Positions 12,400 to 21,766 of a stretch of 64,000 bases of DNA are shown piece after piece. The DNA lies in NCBI GenBank assembly GCA_040880105.1, contig JBBDJA010000010.1:32001-96000 (forward strand), read 5' to 3'. The first letter of the stretch is position 1, and every line of letters begins with the position of its first letter. The notes under the pieces were generated by a model, which had not been told where the DNA came from, did not search any database, and worked only from the letters and a program-made list of their open reading frames with translations. The DNA comes from Waddliaceae bacterium. GTDB lineage: Bacteria; Chlamydiota; Chlamydiia; Chlamydiales; SLOH01. The translations under genes were made by a program, and so were the position numbers.

Positions 12400-12421
12400 A
12401 TGGAGACCCAAGGGTCTCCAT
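12400..12421 (+). promoter_or_regulatory. GC-rich hairpin between paralogs 2 and 3
   Basis: ATGGAGACCC-AA-GGGTCTCCAT, with no U-tract after it. Confidence 0.55.
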
Positions 12422-12443
12422 CCAACTATTACAAAAGAAAAAT

Positions 12444-12728
12444 ATGTGTAAATCTTATATCCTATCTGTATTGACTATTATAACAACTCTCTCCTCATTT
12501 CAGCTGAATGCAGGAGCCTGCACCTCCTGTGTAGACTCTGTTGGACTTGATGGATGGTGTGATCGCCAAGAGTACTGTACTGATATTGGCGGATGTGGCT
12601 ATCGAGATAGCTACGCCTCTTGTTGCATTACACCGGCTGTTGCCTTTGGCGCAGTTGCTTTGGGTGTGATCATCGCAGTCGCATTTCATAATAATAAGGG
12701 CGCGCACGATCATGTGCACTGTGACTAG
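12444..12728 (+). CDS. Small exported Cys-rich membrane peptide, paralog 3 (94 aa)
   Basis: Start moved to ATG 12444; signal peptide ending QLNA, GCGY motif, CC pair, TM helix, HDHVHCD tail. Confidence 0.8.
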   Translation: MCKSYILSVLTIITTLSSFQLNAGACTSCVDSVGLDGWCDRQEYCTDIGGCGYRDSYASCCITPAVAFGAVALGVIIAVAFHNNKGAHDHVHCD

Positions 12729-12861
12729 CTTTCGTTTAGCTAACTAGAAACGTCAAATTTATCAATCTGCTATTTACTTTGATCTACGATATTTGCGATT
12801 TTGAAACACCACTTGGATTAGATGTCTCTTTTTGGAGATAATGTTAGAAGATTTTTCTTGA

Positions 12862-14529
12862 TTACTCATATGTTTCAATGTTGTCAATTGTCTCAAGGTA
12901 TTGATTCACAAAGAGAAACTGGTTGCGAATCCATTTTCCCTCACTATCAAAATCATTAAGAAAATGAAAAAACTCAGAAAACTGATAGCGGTATTCAAGA
13001 AGCTCGCGCTGAATAATCTGGGAGCCCTTCTTTTCTTCTTTTACGTCATTTAAGAATGCACTTAATTTGTTTTCTACATCTTGTATCAATAAATTGAGCT
13101 CATTTGCATGTCGATATGCCTTTCTAGAAGTCACCCATTTTTGGCACTTGGAAATTGCGTTAGTAAAACATTCTTTCCGCCTTTGATGCTCTTCGTCTTT
13201 CGGTATAGAATCGATTCCGCAGTGGAGTTTGTATAATTGGTGAAAAAGTGGGAATTCAAATAGAACCTGGTGTCGCCAATCTATACTAATGGCTTTGGAT
13301 AATGCAGATCCAACAACTTGAACAACCTTAGGGTCTTTGGAGCCAAGTTCATCTAGTCCTTCAAGTTGTTCCAATAGTTTTTCTGCTCGGGAGCGTAAAA
13401 GATGGCGGGGAGTTAGTGGTTGTCCCATTTCATGTAGAGTCGCATCAATTTCATCTGCAGGGTTTTGTAGGGGAGTCTCTACTCTATTTTGAGTGGAAGC
13501 TTGAAGGTCCTCATATAGTTCATCTAATTGCTCAACTTCAAAAACAAGATTTAAAAGTTTACGAGTCTGCGTAGGCTCAGGTCCCACAACCCATTCAGAA
13601 AATCCAAAGCGGGTGCGCACATATGGGTTGGGGTGGGTACGTAAAAAGAAATTACGATAGGTAGCTATGGTAGCTTTAAGCGAGCGTACCTCTCTTCGAA
13701 ATGCGTTGAATTGATCTTTAGTGGGAATTTTTAATTGATCAGACTTAATTGTCCGGCTTAAGGCGAAAAGTTGCTCGGTCGCCTGATCGAAGTATGTTTT
13801 GAAGTGAGTTGTCATTTGTTCAATACTAATGCGACTACGTAAAAGGCGCGCAATGTCCTTGGGAGGTATCGCATGTGTCTTTTCATCTAACTGCCACATT
13901 TTTAATAGTCTGTGAAGTTCTTTGTAATCTTGTTTCGTCTTACTATCTAATGATGAAAATATTTTAAAATGTTCAAATTTCTTTAATGAGTGCTCGACTT
14001 TCTGTTGCAAAACTTGAAAGTTTTCGTAGCGTGTATGAAAACTGTTCTTTTGACTTTTTAGCTGATAGACACTTTTCTTAAGATATGAGTTAAGGGATCG
14101 ATCTAAAATGGAAACAAATGGGTAATATAATCTTTTAAAAAACGTCTGAATCTTTCCTTTTTTCTTTTCGTTCTTTAGGCGAATTTTCCATAGCGAGTTC
14201 TCAAGTTTGTCTATGGTGAAAAGGGCGCCTTTCATCTTCTCCATTAGGACTGTTGAGATATCATTAACAATTTTACAGAGGCCTTCAGTCCATTGATCAA
14301 AGTTGATTTGTTTCACATGTCTATACAATTCAACAGAAAACCCATCAAGTAGCTCAACATATTCCCAAAGAAGGTTGTTAATTCGGCTTGCTTCATGTTC
14401 CCATTGTTCAGTGTCAGCGACTCTTAGCAAAAGCAGTTCGGACTCCTTTTCTTGTAAATACGCTTTAAGTTTTTCCGCAACTTCTAGATCTAAAGATGCG
14501 ACACCGTGAAATTCAATCGGATCAGACAT
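12862..14529 (-). CDS. Hypothetical protein (555 aa, probably mostly alpha-helical)
   Basis: Long ORF with a GGGAG RBS-like sequence upstream; no motif recognised. Confidence 0.85.
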   Translation of the reverse strand: MSDPIEFHGVASLDLEVAEKLKAYLQEKESELLLLRVADTEQWEHEASRINNLLWEYVELLDGFSVELYRHVKQINFDQWTEGLCKIVNDISTVLMEKMKGALFTIDKLENSLWKIRLKNEKKKGKIQTFFKRLYYPFVSILDRSLNSYLKKSVYQLKSQKNSFHTRYENFQVLQQKVEHSLKKFEHFKIFSSLDSKTKQDYKELHRLLKMWQLDEKTHAIPPKDIARLLRSRISIEQMTTHFKTYFDQATEQLFALSRTIKSDQLKIPTKDQFNAFRREVRSLKATIATYRNFFLRTHPNPYVRTRFGFSEWVVGPEPTQTRKLLNLVFEVEQLDELYEDLQASTQNRVETPLQNPADEIDATLHEMGQPLTPRHLLRSRAEKLLEQLEGLDELGSKDPKVVQVVGSALSKAISIDWRHQVLFEFPLFHQLYKLHCGIDSIPKDEEHQRRKECFTNAISKCQKWVTSRKAYRHANELNLLIQDVENKLSAFLNDVKEEKKGSQIIQRELLEYRYQFSEFFHFLNDFDSEGKWIRNQFLFVNQYLETIDNIETYE

Positions 14530-14639
14530 TAAAAGTGACTCCCTTAGTAATATTCATATTAGAGCACATACAATATTTTTCACTAGCAATTTACGCATCT
14601 TTATCAGTAAGATGTGTCGTATATGCAACAGGAGAAAGT

Positions 14640-14996
14640 ATGCAAAAAGGGTCAAATCTAGAGTTTAAATGTCTTGAATGTGAAAAAGCTGTCTTTTTTT
14701 CCCTTGTGAATGTATCTAGAGACACCTCAGTTGAATGTTTTGATTGCGGAAAAAAATACTTGTTTAATGACGAAACTTTGATCCGTCAACTTCAAAAATT
14801 TCAATCACTTTGCGAAAAGATCCACGAGTGCGAAGAGATTCTTGGCAATACTTCTGTTGGAATTGATGTCGGAAAGGAGCAAGTTAAGGTTCCCTATAAA
14901 CTTTTACTAACAAGACTGAGTTCCTGTCTTGAACTTAAAATTGGAGATAAACCCCTTACGATATTCTTTCGTTTCGAACCATTGGAGATTAGATGA
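14640..14996 (+). CDS. Chlamydial conserved protein with an N-terminal Zn-ribbon-like CxxC pair
   Basis: CLEC and CFDC; AGGAG RBS before ATG 14640; adjacent to tal, as I recall for the Chlamydia 'predicted ferredoxin'. Confidence 0.8.
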   Translation: MQKGSNLEFKCLECEKAVFFSLVNVSRDTSVECFDCGKKYLFNDETLIRQLQKFQSLCEKIHECEEILGNTSVGIDVGKEQVKVPYKLLLTRLSSCLELKIGDKPLTIFFRFEPLEIR

Positions 14997-15955
14997 ATCA
15001 GTTAGAACAATTAAAGCAGATGACAACAATTGTAGCAGACACAGGAGAGGTCGAAGAAATCAGAAAATATATTCCTCAAGATGCTACGACAAATCCAACA
15101 CTTATTATGAAGGCATCAGGTCAGCCGGAATACGATTATCTTATTGAAGACGCTGTCAAATATGCCAAAACAAAGGGGAGTGCTGAAGTCGCGCAAGAAA
15201 TGTTTTTGCTTCCTAAGCTTTTTGTTAATTTTGGAGCAGAAATACTAAAGATTATTCCTGGCAGAGTGTCAACAGAGGTCGATGCGCACCTCTCTTTCAG
15301 TGTACAAGGAAGTATAGACCAAGCAAGGTTTATCATTTCACTATATGAAGAAATGGGTATTCCAAGAGATCGAGTATTAATCAAGCTTGCATCTACTTGG
15401 GAAGGGATAATGGCCGCGCGAGCACTTGAAAAGGAGGGGATTCATTGCAATATGACTTTGTTATTTTCTCTTGTTCAGGCTGTCGCATGCGCTGATGCCA
15501 AAGCCACTTTGATTTCTCCATTTGTCGGACGTATTCTTGATTGGTATAAAAAGTCAGAAGGCGTTGAGGGATATGCCCCGGAAGAGGACCCTGGGGTGCG
15601 TTCAGTAGCTACCATTTATCATTACCTGAAGCACCACAATCATCCTATTTTGATTATGGGAGCGAGTTTTAGAAATAAAGAGGAGATTATCCAGCTTGCT
15701 GGCTGCGATTTACTGACAATTTCTCCTCAGCTTTTAGCGGAACTTGAAAAAAGTAAAGACCCCGTTGTACGTAAATTGGATCCCGAAAAAGCAAAGCTTA
15801 CCCCGATTGAGCAAATTCCTATTGATGAAGAATCTTTTCGCTACCGTCTTAATGATGATGCAATGGCAACAGAAAAACTAGGCGAAGGAATTCGTGGATT
15901 TGCAAGAGATTATACTAAGCTTAAACAAACGATCGTAAAGAAATATTTTAGCTAA
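14993..15955 (+). CDS. tal: Transaldolase
   Basis: VADTG, DATTNPTLI, GRVSTEVD, LIKLASTWEG, CNMTLLFS, ISPFVGRI. Confidence 0.98.
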   Translation: MNQLEQLKQMTTIVADTGEVEEIRKYIPQDATTNPTLIMKASGQPEYDYLIEDAVKYAKTKGSAEVAQEMFLLPKLFVNFGAEILKIIPGRVSTEVDAHLSFSVQGSIDQARFIISLYEEMGIPRDRVLIKLASTWEGIMAARALEKEGIHCNMTLLFSLVQAVACADAKATLISPFVGRILDWYKKSEGVEGYAPEEDPGVRSVATIYHYLKHHNHPILIMGASFRNKEEIIQLAGCDLLTISPQLLAELEKSKDPVVRKLDPEKAKLTPIEQIPIDEESFRYRLNDDAMATEKLGEGIRGFARDYTKLKQTIVKKYFS

Positions 15956-15959
15956 AATC

Positions 15960-16001
15960 AAAGGAAGCCTCTGAAAGAATAGATTCTTCAGAGGCTCTTT
16001 T
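15960..16001. terminator. Probable bidirectional terminator between convergent genes
   Basis: AGCCTCTGAA...TTCAGAGGCT stem with an A-run before and a T-run after. Confidence 0.7.
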
Positions 16002-16503
16002 ACTTATTGATCTCCAAAGAGCGAATCGCAGCAAAGAACTCTTGGTAGAATTTTGGAAATTCGTCTTTTAAGGCAGCTGCGGAAAGAATATGCATGGTCC
16101 CATTTTTAATGAACATGGCATGCATCATTTTCACTTGCCCCCACTGCGTCATTTGAATGGCTTCTGAGAGCTCAGCCTTTCCAGCTTTAGTCTGCACTTG
16201 ACCAAGCCTCTTCCATTCCGAACGATTTTCTTGATTGATTTTTTTGACAATTCCCAAGTAGTCCTCCATGCTTCCACTGAATGATTCAGTTGCAAGATTT
16301 ATCGAGGGGGGAAACGGGCTTCCGTTTCCTATCACCATAAATTCAACACTTGGAGGAAGGTCTTTTTTATCTGCTAAGTGCCATCCTTTTGGGGGAGTAA
16401 ATGAGATAGACTCTTGCGTATTTGTGTCTGACTGAGAGCCGTATGTGGAGGGTATCTGCAAGAGAATAAGTAAAACGCTTAGGATAAAAAGTTCTCTTTT
16501 CAT
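16000..16503 (-). CDS. Exported protein, possibly PsbP/DcrB-like fold
   Basis: Signal peptide; ISFTPPKGW; C-terminal F..FY.EF..AIRSL helix; the fold is inferred. Confidence 0.7.
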   Translation of the reverse strand: MKRELFILSVLLILLQIPSTYGSQSDTNTQESISFTPPKGWHLADKKDLPPSVEFMVIGNGSPFPPSINLATESFSGSMEDYLGIVKKINQENRSEWKRLGQVQTKAGKAELSEAIQMTQWGQVKMMHAMFIKNGTMHILSAAALKDEFPKFYQEFFAAIRSLEINK

Positions 16504-16697
16504 GGGATTCCTTAATGATTAATGTGCCTTTGTATATCATACAGCTCTCTTTTGTTGCTAATATCTTTGCACTGTGGTAGATACATTAGTTGTACATGTG
16601 GTCGAAGTTTTTCTTGGTTGAAATTTCTATTCGAGGACAATATGATAGCAGCAAAGTACGTGATGATAGTTTGACCCTCTATAAAAGGACAATAAAG

Positions 16698-17318
16698 ATG
16701 AAAACTTTAGAGAAAAGTGAGAATAAGGTTCAGCAAATTTGCGAGCAGATCAGAAATGAGACAATTGAGCCTGCCGAAAGAGAGGCTAAAGCAATTGTTC
16801 AAAGTGCGCAAGAGGAAGCCAAAGCGATTGTTTCCCAGGCAGAGCAACACGTTGAAAAGATGTTTGTTGAGGCTAAAAGGAAAATCGAACAAGAACGCAA
16901 TGTCTTTACCTCATCTCTACAGCAAGGGGCAAAACAAGTTCTTGATAGACTTAGACAGTCGATTGAAACGAAACTTTTTAATCCTGAGTTGAATCGATTA
17001 GTGTCAGAGCCGATGAATGATCCTAAACTGATTTCAAAGGTGATACTTGCGATCACTGACTCGATTAAGCAAGAGGGAATCTCTTCGGATTTTTCTGTCG
17101 TTGTTTCAAATGCAATTAACAAAGAAGAGCTTGCCGAGCTGATTGGCAAAAGCGCGCTTGACCGATTGAGGGATAAACAGTTGACCGTTGATGCCATTGG
17201 TGGCGGGGTTAAAGTTAAGCTTCATGACAAGAAAGTAACTCTTGATTTCTCTGAAGAAGCACTAAAGGAGCTTTTAAGCCGTTATATAAGAAAAGACTTT
17301 AGAGAACTGATTTTTTAA
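16698..17318 (+). CDS. atpE: V/A-type ATP synthase subunit E
   Basis: Coiled-coil N-terminus (AEREAKAIVQSAQEEA), GGGVKV; first gene of the operon; ATG 16698 after AAGGA. Confidence 0.92.
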   Translation: MKTLEKSENKVQQICEQIRNETIEPAEREAKAIVQSAQEEAKAIVSQAEQHVEKMFVEAKRKIEQERNVFTSSLQQGAKQVLDRLRQSIETKLFNPELNRLVSEPMNDPKLISKVILAITDSIKQEGISSDFSVVVSNAINKEELAELIGKSALDRLRDKQLTVDAIGGGVKVKLHDKKVTLDFSEEALKELLSRYIRKDFRELIF

Positions 17319-18103
17319 TGCAATACTATTTTATTGGTTCCTCACTTCCGGATTTGCAAATTGGAATGCCTCCTGAGATTAGCTTCGGAGATTTTGATAC
17401 TCTTTTAAAAGAAAATCTAAGTCGAGAGGATTATGAACAGACTCTTGTCATTAGACTCTATTTCGATTTGCAAAACATCAGAGCATTTTGGAAGAGCGAG
17501 GAGATGGATAAGTATGGCAATTTAGATGAAAACTCCATTGAAGATGCTTTAATTGTCAGAAGTGGATTACCTGATTATGTTTTTGATTTCTTGGAGAAGT
17601 ATGAATCAAAAAATGAACGATTAAAATACTTTTCAGAGTTATCTGTCCGATATTTTCAAGAAGAGCTTAAAGACCATTCTGAGGGTTTTTTACATGAGTT
17701 CTTGAAGTTTGAGCGCGAATGGCGACTTGTTTTAGTTGGCTTTCGAGCGAAGAAACTTAAGAGGGATATCATTAACGAATTGCAATTTGAGGATCCAAAT
17801 GATGAGATCGTCGCGCAGCTGATCGCACAAAAAGACGCAAAAGTCTTTGAGCCCCCGACTCGTTATAGTGATCTTAAAGCAATTTTTGAAGAATACGGCA
17901 ATCAACCGATCGAGCTGCACCAAGCGCTTGTCGAATGGAGATTTGAAAAACTATTTACAATGTATGGAGACTCTGTCTTTTCGCTTGATCGGATTCTCTC
18001 GTATTTAGTTAGATTGATTCTTGTTGAAAAATGGATGCAGCTTGATCAGAAGAAAGGAATAGAACTTATTGATAGTCAATTAAAACAGGATGGAGTGGTG
18101 TGA
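17318..18103 (+). CDS. DUF2764-type protein, probable V-ATPase subunit C equivalent
   Basis: MQYYFIGSSLPDL start, FSLDRILSY near the end; lies between subunits E and A with overlapping start/stop codons. Confidence 0.85.
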   Translation: MQYYFIGSSLPDLQIGMPPEISFGDFDTLLKENLSREDYEQTLVIRLYFDLQNIRAFWKSEEMDKYGNLDENSIEDALIVRSGLPDYVFDFLEKYESKNERLKYFSELSVRYFQEELKDHSEGFLHEFLKFEREWRLVLVGFRAKKLKRDIINELQFEDPNDEIVAQLIAQKDAKVFEPPTRYSDLKAIFEEYGNQPIELHQALVEWRFEKLFTMYGDSVFSLDRILSYLVRLILVEKWMQLDQKKGIELIDSQLKQDGVV

Positions 18104-19863
18104 CGACAAAAACAGAAACTCGTGGAGAAGTAGCAGGCGCTTTCGGTAACCTGCTCAATGTGAAATTCGAAGGTCATATTCGTCAAGGTGAGGTGGCAAA
18201 GGTTCACGTCGGAGACGTTGGGTTAAAAGCTGAGGTTATTGAGATAGTAGGGGACCTGGCAAAAGTGCAAGTCTTTGAAGATACTCGAGGAATTAAGCTT
18301 GGAACAAAAGTTAGCTTTTCAGGTGATTTGCTCGAAGCTGAGCTTGGCCCCGGATTGCTGACATCAATTTTTGACGGTTTACAAAACCCACTTGTTGATG
18401 TTGCTGAAAAGGCAGGACTTTTTTTACCTCAAGGTGTCTATCTTCCCCCCCTTGATCGACAGAAAAAATGGGGATATGAGAGCTCTGTAAAAGTCGGTGA
18501 TGAAGTCAGAAGAGGCGATGCATTAGGACAAACTTTAGAAGGGCGTTTTCATCACCTTGTGATGGTTCCATTCTCTTTATATGGGAAATATACAGTTAAA
18601 TGGACGATCGCGCCCGGCTCATATAATATCGACACTGTCATTGCGAAACTCGAAGATGAAGAGGGGAAAGAGCACGACATTACAATGGTACAAAAATGGC
18701 CGGTCAAATCTGCTCTTTCCGAAGGTGAAAGAACGCGTCCAACTGAGATGATGGATACAGGATGCCGCACACTTGACACACAGTTTCCTGTTGTGAAGGG
18801 GGGGACATTTTGCAGCCCAGGACCTTTTGGTGCAGGTAAAACAGTTCTACAGCACCACCTCGCTAAATTTGCTGCTGTTGACATTGTGATTGTCTGCGCA
18901 TGCGGAGAGAGAGCGGGCGAGGTCGTTGAGATGCTTCGTGAATTCCCGCACCTGATCGATCCGCATACAGGCGAGAGCTTAATGAACCGCACCGTTATCA
19001 TTTGTAACACATCTTCAATGCCTGTAGCAGCTCGAGAAGCATCTGTATATATGGGAGTGACGATTGCCGAGTATTACCGACAAATGGGCCTCAATGTGTT
19101 ATTGCTTGCCGACTCCACTTCTCGCTGGGCGCAAGCGATGCGCGAAATGTCCGGCCGTTTAGAAGAGATTCCCGGAGAAGAGGCCTTCCCGGCTTATCTT
19201 GCCTCTCGTATTGCCGATTTTTACGAGCGGTCCGGTGTAATAAACCTAAGAGATGGAAAGACAGGCTCAATTACAATCGGCGGAGCTGTTTCACCTGCGG
19301 GAGGTAACTTTGAAGAACCCGTGACACAGGCCACTTTGTCTGTAGTCGGCGCATTCCACGCCCTTTCACGCGAGCGTTCAGACTCTCGTCGATATCCGGC
19401 TGTCGACCCCCACATGTCTTGGACAAAGTATGTAGATGATGTCGCACAGGCTCTTGAAAGACGTTCGGATGGATGGGGAGACAGCGTAAAGCGGGCAACG
19501 AAAATTTTGAAAATGGGTGATGAAGTCCGCAAGCGTATGGAAGTGGTCGGAGAGGAAGGAACGGCAATTGAGGATCTTGTTGTTTATCTGAAATCCGAGC
19601 TTTACGACTTTTGTTATCTGCAACAAAATGCTTTTGACAAACAAGATGAATACTGTCCGTTAGATAGACAGATCCCACTTTTTAATTTGATCAATCGCAT
19701 TTTTGAAAAGCAGTATCAATTTTCATCTCATGATCAAGCTCGCGAATTCTTTTTAAATCTACAAAATAGAATCAAAAATTTAAATTTCATGATATTCGAA
19801 TCACCGGAGTATCGTAAACAAATGAACGCGATTGAAGAGAGTGTGGAGAGGGGATCGATATGA
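18100..19863 (+). CDS. atpA: V/A-type ATP synthase subunit A
   Basis: Walker [27 protein letters not shown]. Confidence 0.98.
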   Translation: MTTKTETRGEVAGAFGNLLNVKFEGHIRQGEVAKVHVGDVGLKAEVIEIVGDLAKVQVFEDTRGIKLGTKVSFSGDLLEAELGPGLLTSIFDGLQNPLVDVAEKAGLFLPQGVYLPPLDRQKKWGYESSVKVGDEVRRGDALGQTLEGRFHHLVMVPFSLYGKYTVKWTIAPGSYNIDTVIAKLEDEEGKEHDITMVQKWPVKSALSEGERTRPTEMMDTGCRTLDTQFPVVKGGTFCSPGPFGAGKTVLQHHLAKFAAVDIVIVCACGERAGEVVEMLREFPHLIDPHTGESLMNRTVIICNTSSMPVAAREASVYMGVTIAEYYRQMGLNVLLLADSTSRWAQAMREMSGRLEEIPGEEAFPAYLASRIADFYERSGVINLRDGKTGSITIGGAVSPAGGNFEEPVTQATLSVVGAFHALSRERSDSRRYPAVDPHMSWTKYVDDVAQALERRSDGWGDSVKRATKILKMGDEVRKRMEVVGEEGTAIEDLVVYLKSELYDFCYLQQNAFDKQDEYCPLDRQIPLFNLINRIFEKQYQFSSHDQAREFFLNLQNRIKNLNFMIFESPEYRKQMNAIEESVERGSI

Positions 19864-21158
19864 AAAAAGTATATGATAGAATCAAGGATATGCGCGGAAA
19901 CTTGATTACGGTGACTGCAACAGATGTCTTTTTAGGCGAACTTGCTCAGGTTAAGCTTCGGGATGGTCGAAAAATTTACGCCTCAGTTCTTCGGATTGAA
20001 GGTGACGATGTGACTCTTCAGGTTTTTGAAAATACGCGTGGAATCTCAACCGGCGATGAAGTGACCTTCCTAAAACGGCAGATGCAAGCGAACTTTAGCG
20101 ATGCGCTTTTAGGGCGCAGACTCAGCGGAACAGGCGAGCCGATCGACGGAGGCCCTGAAATCATCGGTGAGTCGATTAATATTAACGCTCCCTCTTTTAA
20201 CCCGACAAGACGGATTATTCCCAAAGAGATGGTGCGAAGCAATATTCCGATGATCGATGTCTTTAACACGCTTGTCAAGTCTCAAAAGATTCCGATTTTT
20301 TCTGTCTCCGGCGAACCCTATAATCAGCTTTTAATGCGGATTGCCAACCAGACGGATGCAGATGTTGTTGTGATTGCAGGAATGGGTCTTACCTTCCGCG
20401 ACTACCAAGCGTTTATAGATAATGCCGAAAGTTCAGGGTCTATGAATAAAACAATCATGTTTATCCATCGGGCGACAGATCCCGCTGTTGAGTGCCTGCT
20501 AGTTCCCGATATGGCGCTTGCTTGCGCAGAAAAGTTTGCCATTAACGATAAAAACGTTTTAGTTTTGCTTACTGACATGACAGCCTTTGCAGACTCTATT
20601 AAGGAAATTTCAATTACAATGGACCAAGTGCCTTCTAATCGCGGATATCCGGGCTCCCTATACTCGGATCTAGCTTCCCGTTATGAAAAGGCCGTGTTGA
20701 TTGAAGGAAGCGGCTCCATTACAATTATCGGTGTCACAACAATGCCCGGTGATGATGTGACCCATCCGATTCCGGATAATACAGGGTATATCACCGAGGG
20801 ACAGTTTTACCTTCACAATCATCAGATTGACCCTTTTGGTTCACTTTCACGTTTAAAACAAAATGTGATCGGAAAAGTGACCAGAGAAGATCATGGCGAT
20901 CTTGCGAATGCGATGATTCGACTATTTGCAGAATCTAAGAAAGCAAAAGAGAGACAAAGTATGGGATTTCGCTTGTCCGAGCGTGATAAACAGCTTTTAG
21001 TTTACTCCGAACTTTTTGAAAAGGAGATGATGGATCTCGAAGTGAATTTGCCGCTTGAGAAGGCTCTTGACAATGGGTGGAGAATTTTATCCGAATGTTT
21101 CAAGCCTGAACAAGTTGGAATTAAACAAAGTCTTGTTGAAGCATATTGGCCCGGATAA
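19860..21158 (+). CDS. atpB: V/A-type ATP synthase subunit B
   Basis: [35 protein letters not shown]. Confidence 0.98.
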   Translation: MKKVYDRIKDMRGNLITVTATDVFLGELAQVKLRDGRKIYASVLRIEGDDVTLQVFENTRGISTGDEVTFLKRQMQANFSDALLGRRLSGTGEPIDGGPEIIGESININAPSFNPTRRIIPKEMVRSNIPMIDVFNTLVKSQKIPIFSVSGEPYNQLLMRIANQTDADVVVIAGMGLTFRDYQAFIDNAESSGSMNKTIMFIHRATDPAVECLLVPDMALACAEKFAINDKNVLVLLTDMTAFADSIKEISITMDQVPSNRGYPGSLYSDLASRYEKAVLIEGSGSITIIGVTTMPGDDVTHPIPDNTGYITEGQFYLHNHQIDPFGSLSRLKQNVIGKVTREDHGDLANAMIRLFAESKKAKERQSMGFRLSERDKQLLVYSELFEKEMMDLEVNLPLEKALDNGWRILSECFKPEQVGIKQSLVEAYWPG

Positions 21159-21766
21159 TGGCAGAAATTAAACTGACGAAAAATGAACTGCGCGCCCAGC
21201 AAATTCGGTTGGGACAACTGGAAAGATATCTTCCGACGTTGCAGTTAAAAAAAGCCCAATTGCAGCAAGAGGTTTCATTTGCCAGGATGGAGATTGAAAA
21301 AGTCAATCAAGAGCTCATGCAAAAATATGAATCCATTAAGCATTTTGCAGCTTTGTTGACCGATCAATTTTCTATTGAAATAGATAAGGTTGCAGTGATT
21401 GACCGCTTAGATACCACTACGGAAAATATTGCAGGCGTTGAAGTCCCAATTTTTGAAAAGGCGCATTTTATACCCTTTGAGTACGACCTGTTTGATTCTC
21501 CTCCATGGATAGATCCAGCGGTTGAGTCTATTCGAGAGTTAATCAGTCACAAAGCAGCACATGGAGTAGCAAAGGAAAAAAGTAAGCGCCTAGAAGAAGA
21601 ATTGAGACAGGTATCTATTCGAGTGAATCTATTCGAAAAGATTTTGATTCCACGTGCAAATAAAAACATTAAAACAATTAAAGTTTTTTTGGGTGATCAA
21701 GAGTTAGCTGCAGTGTCACAAGCAAAGGTTGCGAAAGCAAAAATCGAAGCGAGGAAGAGTGAATGA
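21158..21766 (+). CDS. atpD: V/A-type ATP synthase subunit D
   Basis: LTKNEL, LQLKK, IRVNLFEKILIP; start set at the TAATG-coupled ATG. Confidence 0.96.
   Translation: MAEIKLTKNELRAQQIRLGQLERYLPTLQLKKAQLQQEVSFARMEIEKVNQELMQKYESIKHFAALLTDQFSIEIDKVAVIDRLDTTTENIAGVEVPIFEKAHFIPFEYDLFDSPPWIDPAVESIRELISHKAAHGVAKEKSKRLEEELRQVSIRVNLFEKILIPRANKNIKTIKVFLGDQELAAVSQAKVAKAKIEARKSE

Noticed and set aside
11895..12728. Small peptides as RiPP precursors or filamentous prophage genes
   Set aside because: No modifying enzyme, dedicated exporter, Zot-like ATPase, replication protein or integrase nearby; only the architectural analogy is kept.
12746..12829. Weak inverted repeat AGAAACGTCAAATT / GATTAGATGTCTCT
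   Set aside because: Only 10/14 complementary in AT-rich DNA; could be a decayed element but cannot be supported.
15960..16001. Terminator arms resemble family A ends (AGCCTCTGA)
   Set aside because: A 9 bp match only; an ordinary bidirectional terminator explains it.
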